Shown here: piece after piece, positions 1 to 9,836 of the stretch
Layout: every line of letters begins with the position of its first letter
Numbering within the stretch: position 1 is the stretch's first letter
IMG/VR virus record: IMGVR_UViG_3300031784_000002
DNA length: 64,000 nt
Source: a virus
Taxonomy: Duplodnaviria > Caudoviricetes
Strand: one strand, 5' to 3'
Position numbers and translations under genes: made by a program
The notes under the pieces: generated by a model
Seen by the model: the letters and a program-made list of their open reading frames with translations, nothing else
Databases searched by the model: none
What the model was told of the DNA's origin: nothing

Positions 1-1
1 A

Positions 2-193
2 ATTCCTTTTACATTTGATGATATTCCTTTAATTATGCAACAAGATCCTTACATTCAAATGGAAGCCGAAGACCATGAATCATATTCATCCGAAGACATG
101 TACAGGTGGTCAAATTACTTAATTGACGAAATGTGTCACCCTCTTTTGTTTGAGTTACAGATCGAAAACCCCGAAGAAATGCCTAAAGACTAG
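2..193 (+). CDS. 3' part of hypothetical protein (truncated by window start)
   Basis: Open frame IPFTFDDIPL...EEMPKD ending TAG at 191-193, upstream of gp32. Confidence 0.65.
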   Translation: MPFTFDDIPLIMQQDPYIQMEAEDHESYSSEDMYRWSNYLIDEMCHPLLFELQIENPEEMPKD

Positions 194-196
194 GGC

Positions 197-225
197 TTGA
201 CAACCCTTCTGCCCTGCGGTAAGAT
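197..225 (+). promoter_or_regulatory. sigma70-like promoter for gp32
   Basis: TTGACA(197-202)-N17-TAAGAT(220-225); AGGGC...GCCCT inverted repeat encloses the -35. Confidence 0.7.
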
Positions 226-269
226 AAAGTCGTCCCAAAGGCCAAATACACTCAATACGGAGAATACAA

Positions 270-1193
270 ATGTCTTTTGCTGATCTCAAGAAACAGTCCC
301 GTGCTGGTTCACTGACTGAAAAACTGATCAAACAAGTTGAAAAACTGAATAGTGGAGAATCTGGTGGCGATGATCGTTTCTGGAAACCAGAAGTAGACAA
401 AGCCGGAAATGGTTATGCAGTAATCCGATTCCTCCCCGCACCTGAAGGATGTGAACTTCCTTGGGCCCAAGTCTGGAGTCACGCTTTCCAAGGCCCTGGT
501 GGTTGGTATATTGAAAATAGTCTGACGACTATGGGACAAAAAGATCCTGTTTCTGAACACAATCGTGTTCTGTGGAACTCTGGGTCTGATCGTGACAAGG
601 AGATTGCTCGGAAACAGAAACGCAAACTCTCTTACTACGCTAACATTTATGTGGTGAGTGATCCTGCACACCCCGAGAACGAAGGTCGTGTGTTCCTCTA
701 CAAGTTCGGTAAGAAGATCTATGACAAGATTACCGAAGCGATGCAACCTCAGTTTGCAGATGAGGAAGCCATTAATCCTTTTGACTTCTGGAGTGGTGCA
801 AACTTCAAACTGAAGATTCGTAAGGTTGAAGGTTACTGGAACTACGATAAGTCGGAGTTTGATAAGCCTTCCGCACTTCTAGATGATGATGACAAACTGG
901 AACGCATCTACAAGAACCTGAACGATCTCAATGAGTTCAGTGCCGCAAGTAACTTCAAGTCTTATGAAGATTTGAAGAAGCGTCTTGACTATGTTCTGGG
1001 TGCAAAAGCTCCTGCACGTCAAGATCCTGAGACTGTTGAAGAGGATGAACAGTGGGAAGCCGAACGTCGCGGTGAGTCTGCACCGAAGCGTTCAACTCCT
1101 TCCTTTGAGATTGCTCGTCCTGCAGTCCAAGAAGAGGATGATGAAGATGCAGATGATGCTCTGAGTTACTTCCAGAAACTCGCTGAGTCCTGA
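270..1193 (+). CDS. gp32: T4-like single-stranded DNA-binding protein
   Basis: DDRFWKP, GNGYAVIRFLP, WYIENSLTT, FDFWSGANFKLKI, NYDKSEF motifs; acidic C-terminal tail. Confidence 0.97.
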   Translation: MSFADLKKQSRAGSLTEKLIKQVEKLNSGESGGDDRFWKPEVDKAGNGYAVIRFLPAPEGCELPWAQVWSHAFQGPGGWYIENSLTTMGQKDPVSEHNRVLWNSGSDRDKEIARKQKRKLSYYANIYVVSDPAHPENEGRVFLYKFGKKIYDKITEAMQPQFADEEAINPFDFWSGANFKLKIRKVEGYWNYDKSEFDKPSALLDDDDKLERIYKNLNDLNEFSAASNFKSYEDLKKRLDYVLGAKAPARQDPETVEEDEQWEAERRGESAPKRSTPSFEIARPAVQEEDDEDADDALSYFQKLAES

Positions 1194-1200
1194 TAGTTCA

Positions 1201-1228
1201 AAGGAGGGGTAAATCCCCTCCTTTTTTT
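1201..1228. terminator. Intrinsic terminator between convergent gp32 and gp53
   Basis: AAGGAGGGG-TAAAT-CCCCTCCTT followed by T-run. Confidence 0.85.
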
Positions 1229-3557
1229 ATATTCTCATAACTTTTTCATTATAAGTTTTCTTAAGTTTTTCATTAATATAGTTTGGATCATCTTCATTAT
1301 ACGTCATAATATTTCTAAATTCATCAATAACTACAGGTAAGTATTCTGGTTTTATAATTATTATTTTTCTTTTTTCTTCGTTCAATCTAGATTCATATTC
1401 ATAATTGGTTATAGGTTTAGAAAGAGAAGATCCGGGAATTCTGATTATAGAACTTGTACTTGGATCAAAATATTGAAACTCTTCTGTAATTTTTTCTTGC
1501 CATTTACTTCCAGTCCATCTCCAAGTTGTTTGATTTTGACTGTAGGTATCATTTGGTTCAATGTTTACAATTTCTTCTGGCAAACTTACAGTAATAGTTG
1601 GACTAGAGACATAATTCAATCCACCATCAGTAACAGTAACTTTTTCTATACTAGTATTTGTTAATTGGAATGAAAATGCCGCTTTTCTTGAAATAGGAGC
1701 CTTTTCAAGGGTAACAGTTGGAGGTACAGTATATCCAAATCCAACATTAGTTATAGAAATAGTGGTAACAATTCCAGTGTTTAAATTTGCTACCCCTGTT
1801 GCTTTAACCGCAGGGTATGGAGATCCAACAGTAATAGTTGGAGCAACAGTATATCCAACTCCAGGATTTGTAATATTGATTCCACTTACAGATCCATTTG
1901 TTATTTCCGTTGTTCCTTTTGCAGTAGAAGTTAAATTATATTCATAAATTTTATCTAATGGACCACCAGCAATTAAAAATTTATCTCTACTTAAACTAAT
2001 TATAATGTCACACGGAGATCCAACCCTGTCTCCAACATAAAAACTATAAGCATAAGTTGCGGTGTTTATTTGCCAAGATTCTAAATTATATTCGTAAATA
2101 CTGGAACTACCTTCACTTGTAGTGAATAATTTAGTACCATCAGAATTAAAACCAAACCCAAGAATAAAATTATCACCAGTACTACTAGTAATATTCAAAC
2201 TGTTTAATGCGGACCCACTCCTCGTAGTGATATTCCAAGGAATCCCAAGAGAATATTCCCTAATTACATCGGGATTGGAAAAGTCTAAAACAAACATTCT
2301 AGTTCCATCTGGTTTGAATCTTATTCCGCCAGGAGAAGCTATTGTGATTTGATTTAACTTAGTTGCGGTCGATAAATCCCACGGAGTAGATAACTCATAA
2401 GCTACAATTTTATAAGATAATCCAACTCCACCAGTTACATACACTATAGTTCCATCTGGTTTAAATTCAACACCAGTTGTATAGTTAAAATCGGCACTTA
2501 CATCTAATTGATAGGTTATTGAAATTGTATCAATATTCCAGGCGGTACTTAAAGTATATTGTTTAATTTGATTTGCACCAGTAAAACTAGCAGTATATAA
2601 GTAATTACCTGCGTCATTTAAGTAAAAACCTTCGAGGTCATTACCAATTGCAATTGCAGATTCTTTGTTATATAATCCAGCAATAACTCGTGGTGACTGG
2701 GAAAATGTTACTATTGGTGCAGTGAGTCCGTAACCTATTCCCCCTACTAAATTTTTAATAGTTGTAACTCTGTCAATATTAATTCCATCACCCAATTCAC
2801 ATTCAGCAGTTGCTTGTACTGATGGAGTAGGATCCGAAAATGTTACTTGCGGAGCATTATTATATCCCTGACCTCCCACTAAATTTACAATTGCAGATAC
2901 TCTAAAGTCGGTAACTAAACAATTCGCTGAAGCATCACTGGTAACTGGTGGATTTGAAATTGTAATTGTTGGAATTTTGGTATAACCTAATCCAGGATTT
3001 GTAATCTCAATTGTTTGTATAGTATTGCCAGCACCAACCACAGGAGTTAATACAGCTTGAGTACCTGGTATGTAAATTGGTGGAAAAGTTATTCCGGGTG
3101 GAGTTTCTTCTACGTCTTTATATTCTGGTGTATTATAAAAAATTTCATCAAGTATTACCCCACTAGGAAAAACTTCTCTACCGAAAGAATCTTTAGTTGA
3201 AATAGATTCATAGTGGTGAATGTTTAAAAAAGCACTTTCGGAACCATATTTTTCCAACATGTACTTATTGAAACTATCGACGTTTAGGGGCCACTCGTCT
3301 TGAATATTGATAATATTATTAGAAATTAATATAACCCAATCTAATCCAGAATCTCCATAGATTCTTTCTGCAATCTGGTCAGGTCGTTCATTTTCAGTAA
3401 TGATATAATACTCAAAAGCCGAGGCTATTGAGATAATATCTTCTCTAAGTTTTGCTCTCTTGAAGATATTCTTAACAATCAGGGTTTCATCATTAGATAC
3501 CTGATTTTTCGTTCTATTAAGAACTTGAATATTTGGTAATTCTTTAAAGTACGACAT
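1227..3557 (-). CDS. gp53: Baseplate wedge subunit gp53 with large internal insertion
   Basis: N-terminus MSYFKELPN...KNIFKRAKL, ERPDQIAERIYG (LysM-like), HHYE; C-terminus TNYEYESRLNEEKRKI..IKPEYL; about 500 aa of repeats in between. Confidence 0.85.
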   Translation of the reverse strand: MSYFKELPNIQVLNRTKNQVSNDETLIVKNIFKRAKLREDIISIASAFEYYIITENERPDQIAERIYGDSGLDWVILISNNIINIQDEWPLNVDSFNKYMLEKYGSESAFLNIHHYESISTKDSFGREVFPSGVILDEIFYNTPEYKDVEETPPGITFPPIYIPGTQAVLTPVVGAGNTIQTIEITNPGLGYTKIPTITISNPPVTSDASANCLVTDFRVSAIVNLVGGQGYNNAPQVTFSDPTPSVQATAECELGDGINIDRVTTIKNLVGGIGYGLTAPIVTFSQSPRVIAGLYNKESAIAIGNDLEGFYLNDAGNYLYTASFTGANQIKQYTLSTAWNIDTISITYQLDVSADFNYTTGVEFKPDGTIVYVTGGVGLSYKIVAYELSTPWDLSTATKLNQITIASPGGIRFKPDGTRMFVLDFSNPDVIREYSLGIPWNITTRSGSALNSLNITSSTGDNFILGFGFNSDGTKLFTTSEGSSSIYEYNLESWQINTATYAYSFYVGDRVGSPCDIIISLSRDKFLIAGGPLDKIYEYNLTSTAKGTTEITNGSVSGINITNPGVGYTVAPTITVGSPYPAVKATGVANLNTGIVTTISITNVGFGYTVPPTVTLEKAPISRKAAFSFQLTNTSIEKVTVTDGGLNYVSSPTITVSLPEEIVNIEPNDTYSQNQTTWRWTGSKWQEKITEEFQYFDPSTSSIIRIPGSSLSKPITNYEYESRLNEEKRKIIIIKPEYLPVVIDEFRNIMTYNEDDPNYINEKLKKTYNEKVMRI

Positions 3558-3558
3558 T

Positions 3559-5157
3559 TTAGTATCCTATTGAGTTCGAACTTACTGAGGATAAATCACC
3601 TCTATTGTCAAAAATATTATTTTCTTGATAATCAGTATCATAAATTGGTTCAAGTTCATTAAAGGTCATTTGCATGATAGTCGAAACTGGTTGACCTTTT
3701 TCATATGCAGCCCACAAACCATCTGGAGTATAATTGCAACTAAAACTTATCAATGCACAAGTTTTAAACTTATTTACACCTGGAATTTCATTTTTTCCTC
3801 CTGTTCTAAATTGCAGTTTAAAAACATTTGGAGTTCCCAAGAAAAATGATGCTTGTCCAGATTTACCTTTCATTTTTTTAACAGCCATTCCCTGTTTGAA
3901 AAATCTTATAATTTTTCTAACCATTGCAGCTTCTTCTGCACTTCTTGGGGATAATCTATAATTAAAACTAAAACTTCTAAGTGTTGGAGAATTGAATAAT
4001 AATTCCAAATTAGAATTAGGCACAATACCTGCACCTCTTGCAAGAATTGATTCCGATTCAACACCCATGCCTTGCATTTTTAATAACTTTGAAGCTCCTT
4101 CGGATCCGACTAACATTGCCAATTCTTCACTCACTTTTCCTTCTTTATATAACTTCATTAAGTTATTTGCTATTAAAGCCTTAGCAGCCAGTCCCTCAAC
4201 TCCAGTAAGTCCACCGAAGGCAGATGCAGCAAGTGCTATTCCCGCTTCTCCTTTAAGATTACCAAGTGTACTTGCAGTTGCTGCAGCTGCTAGGTTTCCC
4301 ATCGAATCTTCACCCCAACTAACGTTATTGCTGTCTGCAATAGTGTTAGGCATTGGCAGAAATACTGTACCAATTATTTCTGATAAATTTGATACAGTTT
4401 GAAGACCCCCAGATAATGCCTGACTAGCGGCTGCAGTTCCCCCAAAGATTGCATCTGCTTTAGATGGTTTATATCTATATTGAGAAATTGCAAAATGGTC
4501 CTGTTGACTTGTCATCAAATCCGCAGGATATTTCATTTCACCACTGAATAATTTCTTTTCGTTTCCAACTCCAAAATTATCCCCATTGACTGCAAAGTTT
4601 TTATAACTTTCTTTGGGGTTTTGTAGAAATGAAAATAAAGATCCGACTCCACCACCCCCACCGACTGCAGCTGTTGCACTACTTGCAGGTGTTGTTCCTG
4701 GAATCGCAGTGGACCCTGGAGTACCGCCAGTAGTTGTTGTAGTTTTAACAACAGTTCCTGCAGACGTAGTAGTTACTGACAGATTTGATCCACCCAATCC
4801 ACCGACTGCTCCAGATACTGGACTTTGGGGAGTAATTGATGATTGTCCAGGAGCTCCAGTAGTAAAATTCTCAGATGCCCATTGTGCTAATTTTGAATTG
4901 GAATTGACTCCCCCAACACTTTTATATGCCGATTGAATTGATATAATTGTTTGAATATGTAATTGATTCTTTTCATTATCCGTAAATCCCAATAATGTTG
5001 AGGATGCGTTCCATTTACCGTCTTGGTAAATTGGCTTTGTTCCTGCAGGAGCATTTTGTTGTATAATTTGAACGTCACCAGTCCCTAGATCATATTGGAG
5101 ATTATATGAAATTCCATTTTTGGTAACTAATGGTGATTTAACGTTTGTATACGCCAC
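3559..5157 (-). CDS. gp48: Baseplate tail tube cap gp48-like
   Basis: LPMPNTIADSNNVSW, NSNLELLFNSPTLRSFSFNY, IIRFFKQGM, FKTCALISFSCNYTP, MTFNELEPIY; position next to gp53. Confidence 0.85.
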   Translation of the reverse strand: MAYTNVKSPLVTKNGISYNLQYDLGTGDVQIIQQNAPAGTKPIYQDGKWNASSTLLGFTDNEKNQLHIQTIISIQSAYKSVGGVNSNSKLAQWASENFTTGAPGQSSITPQSPVSGAVGGLGGSNLSVTTTSAGTVVKTTTTTGGTPGSTAIPGTTPASSATAAVGGGGGVGSLFSFLQNPKESYKNFAVNGDNFGVGNEKKLFSGEMKYPADLMTSQQDHFAISQYRYKPSKADAIFGGTAAASQALSGGLQTVSNLSEIIGTVFLPMPNTIADSNNVSWGEDSMGNLAAAATASTLGNLKGEAGIALAASAFGGLTGVEGLAAKALIANNLMKLYKEGKVSEELAMLVGSEGASKLLKMQGMGVESESILARGAGIVPNSNLELLFNSPTLRSFSFNYRLSPRSAEEAAMVRKIIRFFKQGMAVKKMKGKSGQASFFLGTPNVFKLQFRTGGKNEIPGVNKFKTCALISFSCNYTPDGLWAAYEKGQPVSTIMQMTFNELEPIYDTDYQENNIFDNRGDLSSVSSNSIGY

Positions 5158-5688
5158 TTAAGATTTGCTCCAGGCTTTGTGATTGGGAAAGGGTTGACCT
5201 CTTATATCAACAAATTTTTCAGTGGGTAATATTGCAACGGAGGGCCAATCTTTTTCTGGAACTCTCAAAAATCCCCCAGCAACTCCAGAAAAAAAGTAAC
5301 GATGAATAGTATTACGAGGTATGCCTACTGTATCTGCATTATTTATTAGACCTTTTGCAATTCCTTCACGATATTGTCTCCCAACATAATGCAGGTTAAT
5401 TCCGATAAAATAGTCTTGATTATAATTAATTTCTGTAATATACGTTAATGGTTGTCTGTCAAAAAACGACAACTTAGGAGTATTTGATCCATAAATGAAA
5501 AAATACATTCGTCCAACTTCAATTCCACCAGTATCCGAAAGATTTATATCACTTTGATCCAATTCCCCAAGATATTGTCTAAGTTGCCCAGAAAACCAAT
5601 CCCCACTTTTATTTTTTCCTTTTACTTGTTTAAGTAAGTCATATCCAAAACCTTTACCATTGACATAAGGTTCGTCTTTCCAAGTCAT
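5158..5688 (-). CDS. gp2: DNA end protector protein
   Basis: GRMYFFIY, FFDRQPL, FIGINLHY motifs; synteny with gp4. Confidence 0.8.
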   Translation of the reverse strand: MTWKDEPYVNGKGFGYDLLKQVKGKNKSGDWFSGQLRQYLGELDQSDINLSDTGGIEVGRMYFFIYGSNTPKLSFFDRQPLTYITEINYNQDYFIGINLHYVGRQYREGIAKGLINNADTVGIPRNTIHRYFFSGVAGGFLRVPEKDWPSVAILPTEKFVDIRGQPFPNHKAWSKS

Positions 5689-6122
5689 ATACCTAAATCC
5701 TCCTCAGTCATGATTCGGAATTCATAATTACGATCTGCACAATATTCTCTTGCAGCCTTCCATTTTGCTTGATTTTTTACCCAAGTTTGAACTTTATATG
5801 CCCAGGCCTTTGTTCTTCTTTTTGGATTTTGTTCAGGCATTTCCACTTCTTTTTTTGGTTTGATTTCAATTACAACTGTTCGTGTATTTCCACTTTTGTC
5901 CTTATACTTTACAAAGAAATCCGGAAAGTAACGATGAACTTTATTGTCAAGTGGAGAAAGATACGGAATCCAAAACTCTTCAGACTGCCATTGATTCACA
6001 TTTTCATTTAAGTCACAATAACGCATAAACTTTCTTTCCCATAAAGAACGGTAAACGATATTTGTGGGATCTCCTTTATACTTTTTGGGGTTTTCTGGTC
6101 TGTATTTTCCCTTATAACTCAT
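5685..6122 (-). CDS. gp4: Head completion protein (TnsA-like nuclease fold)
   Basis: YKGKYRPENPKKYKGDPTNIVYRSLWERKF, HRYFPDF, EIKP, NQAKWKAA; probable start MSYKG at 6122. Confidence 0.92.
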   Translation of the reverse strand: MSYKGKYRPENPKKYKGDPTNIVYRSLWERKFMRYCDLNENVNQWQSEEFWIPYLSPLDNKVHRYFPDFFVKYKDKSGNTRTVVIEIKPKKEVEMPEQNPKRRTKAWAYKVQTWVKNQAKWKAAREYCADRNYEFRIMTEEDLGI

Positions 6123-6147
6123 ATACATACTATAGATCCTTAAGTAA

Positions 6148-6155
6148 TATTTATA
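6148..6155 (-). promoter_or_regulatory. T4-type late promoter TATAAATA for gp4-gp2-gp48-gp53
   Basis: TATTTATA on the plus strand = TATAAATA on minus, 26 nt upstream of the gp4 start. Confidence 0.8.
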
Positions 6156-6156
6156 G

Positions 6157-7125
6157 ATGGCTGAGCCATTCAGATCCGATTTTCCAAGTAATCCATATAG
6201 AGTAGACCCCATCTATGCAAGGATGACCTTGCCCAGAAATACAAATGATGGTCGTACTGCTTTACCCGGAGTTAGTGAGTTATTTGGTGAATTATCTGTT
6301 ACAAGTCAATTCAAAGTTACTTTATTTTTAGGTGATACATATCCAATTACAAACTCAGATTCTGATATCAATGCTTGGTTAGTTACTTGCGGGGTCCTGG
6401 GTTCAAATTTATTTAATGGTGGATCTTCATATTTGAATTCTCTACGTTATGAATTTATGTGTAATGAAACTTCTCTTCCAGGAGCTTCGTTTAGTATGAT
6501 TGAAGAGACTGGAAGTAGACAAGGAATTGTCGAGAGATTTCCAAATAGAAGAGACTTTCCAGAAGTTACAATGACTTTCTATGTTGATGCGGAATATGGA
6601 ATTATTCGTCTATTTGAAGAGTGGATGAATTTCATAAATCCCCTTTATAGTACAAGAGGTAGATTGGTTTCAGGTAATCCTAGAGGTGGAGTTGGTCAAT
6701 TTTCAGACGATCAATTTTTCAGATTCAGATATCCAAACACATATAAAAGAGATTTAGCGATAACAAAGTTTGAAAGAGATATTTACGTAGATCCAAACAC
6801 TAGAGATGTAGAAAAAACACCTTCAATGATGACTTATAAATTTATTAATGCATTCCCAACAAATTTAACTGCTCTTCCTGTCACTTATGAAGGTAGTACA
6901 ATCACAAAAACTACAGTGAGTTTTAATTATGATCGATATGTAATATTGAATCACTTCGGTACAGGTCAAAATCAATATTCAAACCAATTTGTAACAGAAA
7001 ATGGAGAGAATATAAGTCTTACACAACCATCCTTCTCTTGGGGTGAGGCTCCAGAATACTTTACAAATCCAACATTTGGAGTTAACTCTGCAATTGATGT
7101 TTCTCCTTCCTTTAAACCACTCTAA
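6157..7125 (+). CDS. gp54: Tail-tube (gp19)-fold protein, probable baseplate tail tube initiator gp54
   Basis: CNETSLPG, VTMTFYVD, FEEWMNFI, FRYPNTY, AFPTNLTALPVTYEGS..VSFNYDRY. Confidence 0.65.
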   Translation: MAEPFRSDFPSNPYRVDPIYARMTLPRNTNDGRTALPGVSELFGELSVTSQFKVTLFLGDTYPITNSDSDINAWLVTCGVLGSNLFNGGSSYLNSLRYEFMCNETSLPGASFSMIEETGSRQGIVERFPNRRDFPEVTMTFYVDAEYGIIRLFEEWMNFINPLYSTRGRLVSGNPRGGVGQFSDDQFFRFRYPNTYKRDLAITKFERDIYVDPNTRDVEKTPSMMTYKFINAFPTNLTALPVTYEGSTITKTTVSFNYDRYVILNHFGTGQNQYSNQFVTENGENISLTQPSFSWGEAPEYFTNPTFGVNSAIDVSPSFKPL

Positions 7126-7151
7126 ATAAATTTAATTGATTACATAATTAT

Positions 7152-7880
7152 ATGCCATTACCTAAGATTGCTACACCAACTTATGAGCTTAAATTACCTT
7201 CTACAGGAAAACCGGTAAAATATAGACCATTTCTAGTAAAAGAAGAAAAAGTTCTAATTTTGGCTCTAGAAAGTCAAGATATTAAACAAATTACCCTGGC
7301 AATTAAATCAGTTTTGAAAGACTGCATTTTAACAAAAGGAATTAAAGTAGAAGAGTTACCATCTTTCGATATCGAATATATTTTCTTGAATGTTCGAGGA
7401 AAATCGGTAGGAGAATCTATAGATTTAATTGTAACTTGTTCAGATGATGGGACAACAGAAGTTCCTGTTAAAATTTTTGTAGATGAAGTTCAAGTCCAAA
7501 AAGACGAAGAACATTCTACAGAAATAAAAATTGATGATAATATCATGATTAAAATGAAGTACCCTTCACTGGATCAATTTATTAAAAACAATTTTGATTT
7601 TACAACTCAGGAATCTGTATCAACTATTGAAAGATCTTTTGATATTATATCCTCATGCATTGAATCTATTTTTACAGAAGAAGAAGCTTGGGCTGCTTCA
7701 GATGTGACTAAGAAAGAGTTGATTGAATTCATTGAAAGTATGAACGCAGATCAATTCAAGAAGATTGAAAAGTTTTTTGAGACAATGCCTAAACTGTCTC
7801 ATACTTTCACCGTTATTAATCCAAATACAAAAGTAGAAAATACAGTAACTCTGGAGGGCCTAACAAGTTTTTTCGGCTAA
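7152..7880 (+). CDS. gp26: Baseplate hub subunit
   Basis: MPLPKIATPTYELKLPSTGK.VKYRPFLVKEEK, FDIEYIFLNVRGKSVGE, FFETMPKL, LEGLTSFF. Confidence 0.92.
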   Translation: MPLPKIATPTYELKLPSTGKPVKYRPFLVKEEKVLILALESQDIKQITLAIKSVLKDCILTKGIKVEELPSFDIEYIFLNVRGKSVGESIDLIVTCSDDGTTEVPVKIFVDEVQVQKDEEHSTEIKIDDNIMIKMKYPSLDQFIKNNFDFTTQESVSTIERSFDIISSCIESIFTEEEAWAASDVTKKELIEFIESMNADQFKKIEKFFETMPKLSHTFTVINPNTKVENTVTLEGLTSFFG

Positions 7881-7882
7881 TT

Positions 7883-8068
7883 ATGGCTCATATTGATCTT
7901 GAGTCATATTTCCGCATTAATTTCGCTCTCATGCAGTTTCATAAATACTCTTTGACAGAGATTGAAAACATGATGCCTTGGGAAAGAGATATCTATCTCG
8001 CCCTGTTGAAACAACACATTGAAGAAGAAAACCTAAAGGCACAACAGGCAGCAAACCGTGGCAGTTAG
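7883..8068 (+). CDS. gp51: Baseplate hub assembly catalyst
   Basis: YFRINFALMQFHKYSLTEIENMMPWERDIY follows gp26. Confidence 0.88.
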   Translation: MAHIDLESYFRINFALMQFHKYSLTEIENMMPWERDIYLALLKQHIEEENLKAQQAANRGS

Positions 8069-9833
8069 TTCACTACTCAATCCATCTAGAATTGTAAGAG
8101 AAAGACAAACGACGGCTGCAGCTGCTCAAAATTTTATCACTGGTGGATCTCCTCTAGGTCAAGGAGTCGTTGCTAGTGCCGCTAATAAAATTGTTGGATT
8201 TCAACGAGGTGCAGCTGCAGTTTCTGCGCGACCACCAGATTTAAATTCCATCATTCAAACATTATCATCAAACATTTTAAATAATGTTGAAAATAGAGTA
8301 CAATCTGTAAATAAAAATGTAACTCAGATAGTTAATCAAAAAATTGATGGATTAGAAAAAAAATATCAAGATAGATTAGGTAAGATTGAAGCTGCAACAC
8401 CAAATTCTATCTTGCAGAATTTCTTAAATCTATACAAAGAAGCATTAGGATATATTCAGTTTCTAGGCAATAGAAAAAACGTAAGAACTCTTGGCGAAAA
8501 TTTAAAAGCACTTCAAAACGTATTTACTGAGACTTTTAATGTTGCAAAGATTATTCGTCAAACTATTATAAACATTGTAAAACAACTTTCAAATCTACCT
8601 ACTGCAAGTGCTGGCGGAGGTGGATTAAATTTAGATATTGACATTCCTGGTGGATCTCTTAGAAGGGGATCTATGGGTGGTCTATCTAGAGCTCTTAGAC
8701 GTGGTGGCAAACCTGCCATGATGTTGGGTGGTGCCGCATTAGCAGGTGGATTAGGTTCCAAAGTAGTAAGTGGAATGATGGATCTTGGTGGGGACGTTCA
8801 AGCTGCGCCCATGTCAGAAGGAGCTATACCAGGAGTTCTATTAGACCGTTTTAACTCAATATTAGATAGATTTTCGGCAGCGATAAATTCATTATCAAGT
8901 ACTAAAAAGTCTCAACCTGCTCCTGGAGGTGCTGCTCCAGCACCACAAAAAGCACCAGGAAAACCACCCGCAAGTGGTGGAGCTCCTACTACACCAGTAA
9001 CTACATCTGCTCCTGGAGATGAAAAGTTAGCTGCATTTGTTGCAACTATGGAAGCATCATCTCCAGAAAATGCTGCTGACGCACTCCAAGTAATGTTAAA
9101 TCGTTCAGCATCTGGAAAATATGGTAAAGGATTGCCTGGCGTCTTATCGGGATATGATCAATTTTCTCCAATTTCTGCAGCAATTTTTGGAAAAAGTAAA
9201 GATCCAGATGCTGCAGCAAAATATGGACCAATTGCGGCTAAACTACCTGGAAATACTCCTCAAGAAAAATTCAAATATTTACAACAAGTTGCCTCTGAAC
9301 CTGATGGATTAAATAAACTTCAACAAATATTTGGTGGAGGTAGTGCTAGTGTTGCTGGAACAATTTTAAATGATCCAAAATATCTGGAGATGTCCAGACA
9401 AAATGTTAAGGGTGCTCAGAATTTTTATGGTGGAAGACAATCACAATCTGGAGATATTCAATTTAGATCTGGAGGTAATTGGTTTTATAATTTTGGTGGA
9501 CCAGTAGGAAAATTAGGAACACAACCAACTGGCACTGTAACTACTCCACCACAAAAACCTTCAGCAGTCGCACCAGCTCCATCACAGGCAACAAATCAAC
9601 AACAACTTGCACAGACCGTATCTAGACCTCCAGTTCAACAAGCTCCTCAAGTCAATATAGCTCCTTTAAATCTCTCCACGCCGCAAGCACAATCTACAAA
9701 AGTGGGAGATACAATTACTCCTCCACCAATAATGAGTAAAGGTGGTGTTACTGTTCCATTCTTATCATCATCAAATTATGATAATTTTCTTACATTATAT
9801 TCCAAAATGGTTTATAACATTGTGGACGGATAA
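8058..9833 (+). CDS. Virion structural / tape-measure-like protein with SleB-like cell-wall hydrolase domain
   Basis: Helical N-terminus; ATMEASS..ADALQVMLNRSAS..GVLSGYDQFS resembles the Hydrolase_2/SleB core; position after gp51. Confidence 0.6.
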   Translation: MAVSSLLNPSRIVRERQTTAAAAQNFITGGSPLGQGVVASAANKIVGFQRGAAAVSARPPDLNSIIQTLSSNILNNVENRVQSVNKNVTQIVNQKIDGLEKKYQDRLGKIEAATPNSILQNFLNLYKEALGYIQFLGNRKNVRTLGENLKALQNVFTETFNVAKIIRQTIINIVKQLSNLPTASAGGGGLNLDIDIPGGSLRRGSMGGLSRALRRGGKPAMMLGGAALAGGLGSKVVSGMMDLGGDVQAAPMSEGAIPGVLLDRFNSILDRFSAAINSLSSTKKSQPAPGGAAPAPQKAPGKPPASGGAPTTPVTTSAPGDEKLAAFVATMEASSPENAADALQVMLNRSASGKYGKGLPGVLSGYDQFSPISAAIFGKSKDPDAAAKYGPIAAKLPGNTPQEKFKYLQQVASEPDGLNKLQQIFGGGSASVAGTILNDPKYLEMSRQNVKGAQNFYGGRQSQSGDIQFRSGGNWFYNFGGPVGKLGTQPTGTVTTPPQKPSAVAPAPSQATNQQQLAQTVSRPPVQQAPQVNIAPLNLSTPQAQSTKVGDTITPPPIMSKGGVTVPFLSSSNYDNFLTLYSKMVYNIVDG

Positions 9834-9836
9834 TAT

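Noticed and set aside
5685-6122. TnsA-like nuclease motif read as a transposon or homing endonuclease
   Set aside because: Sequence and synteny (next to gp2) identify it as the core head-completion protein gp4.
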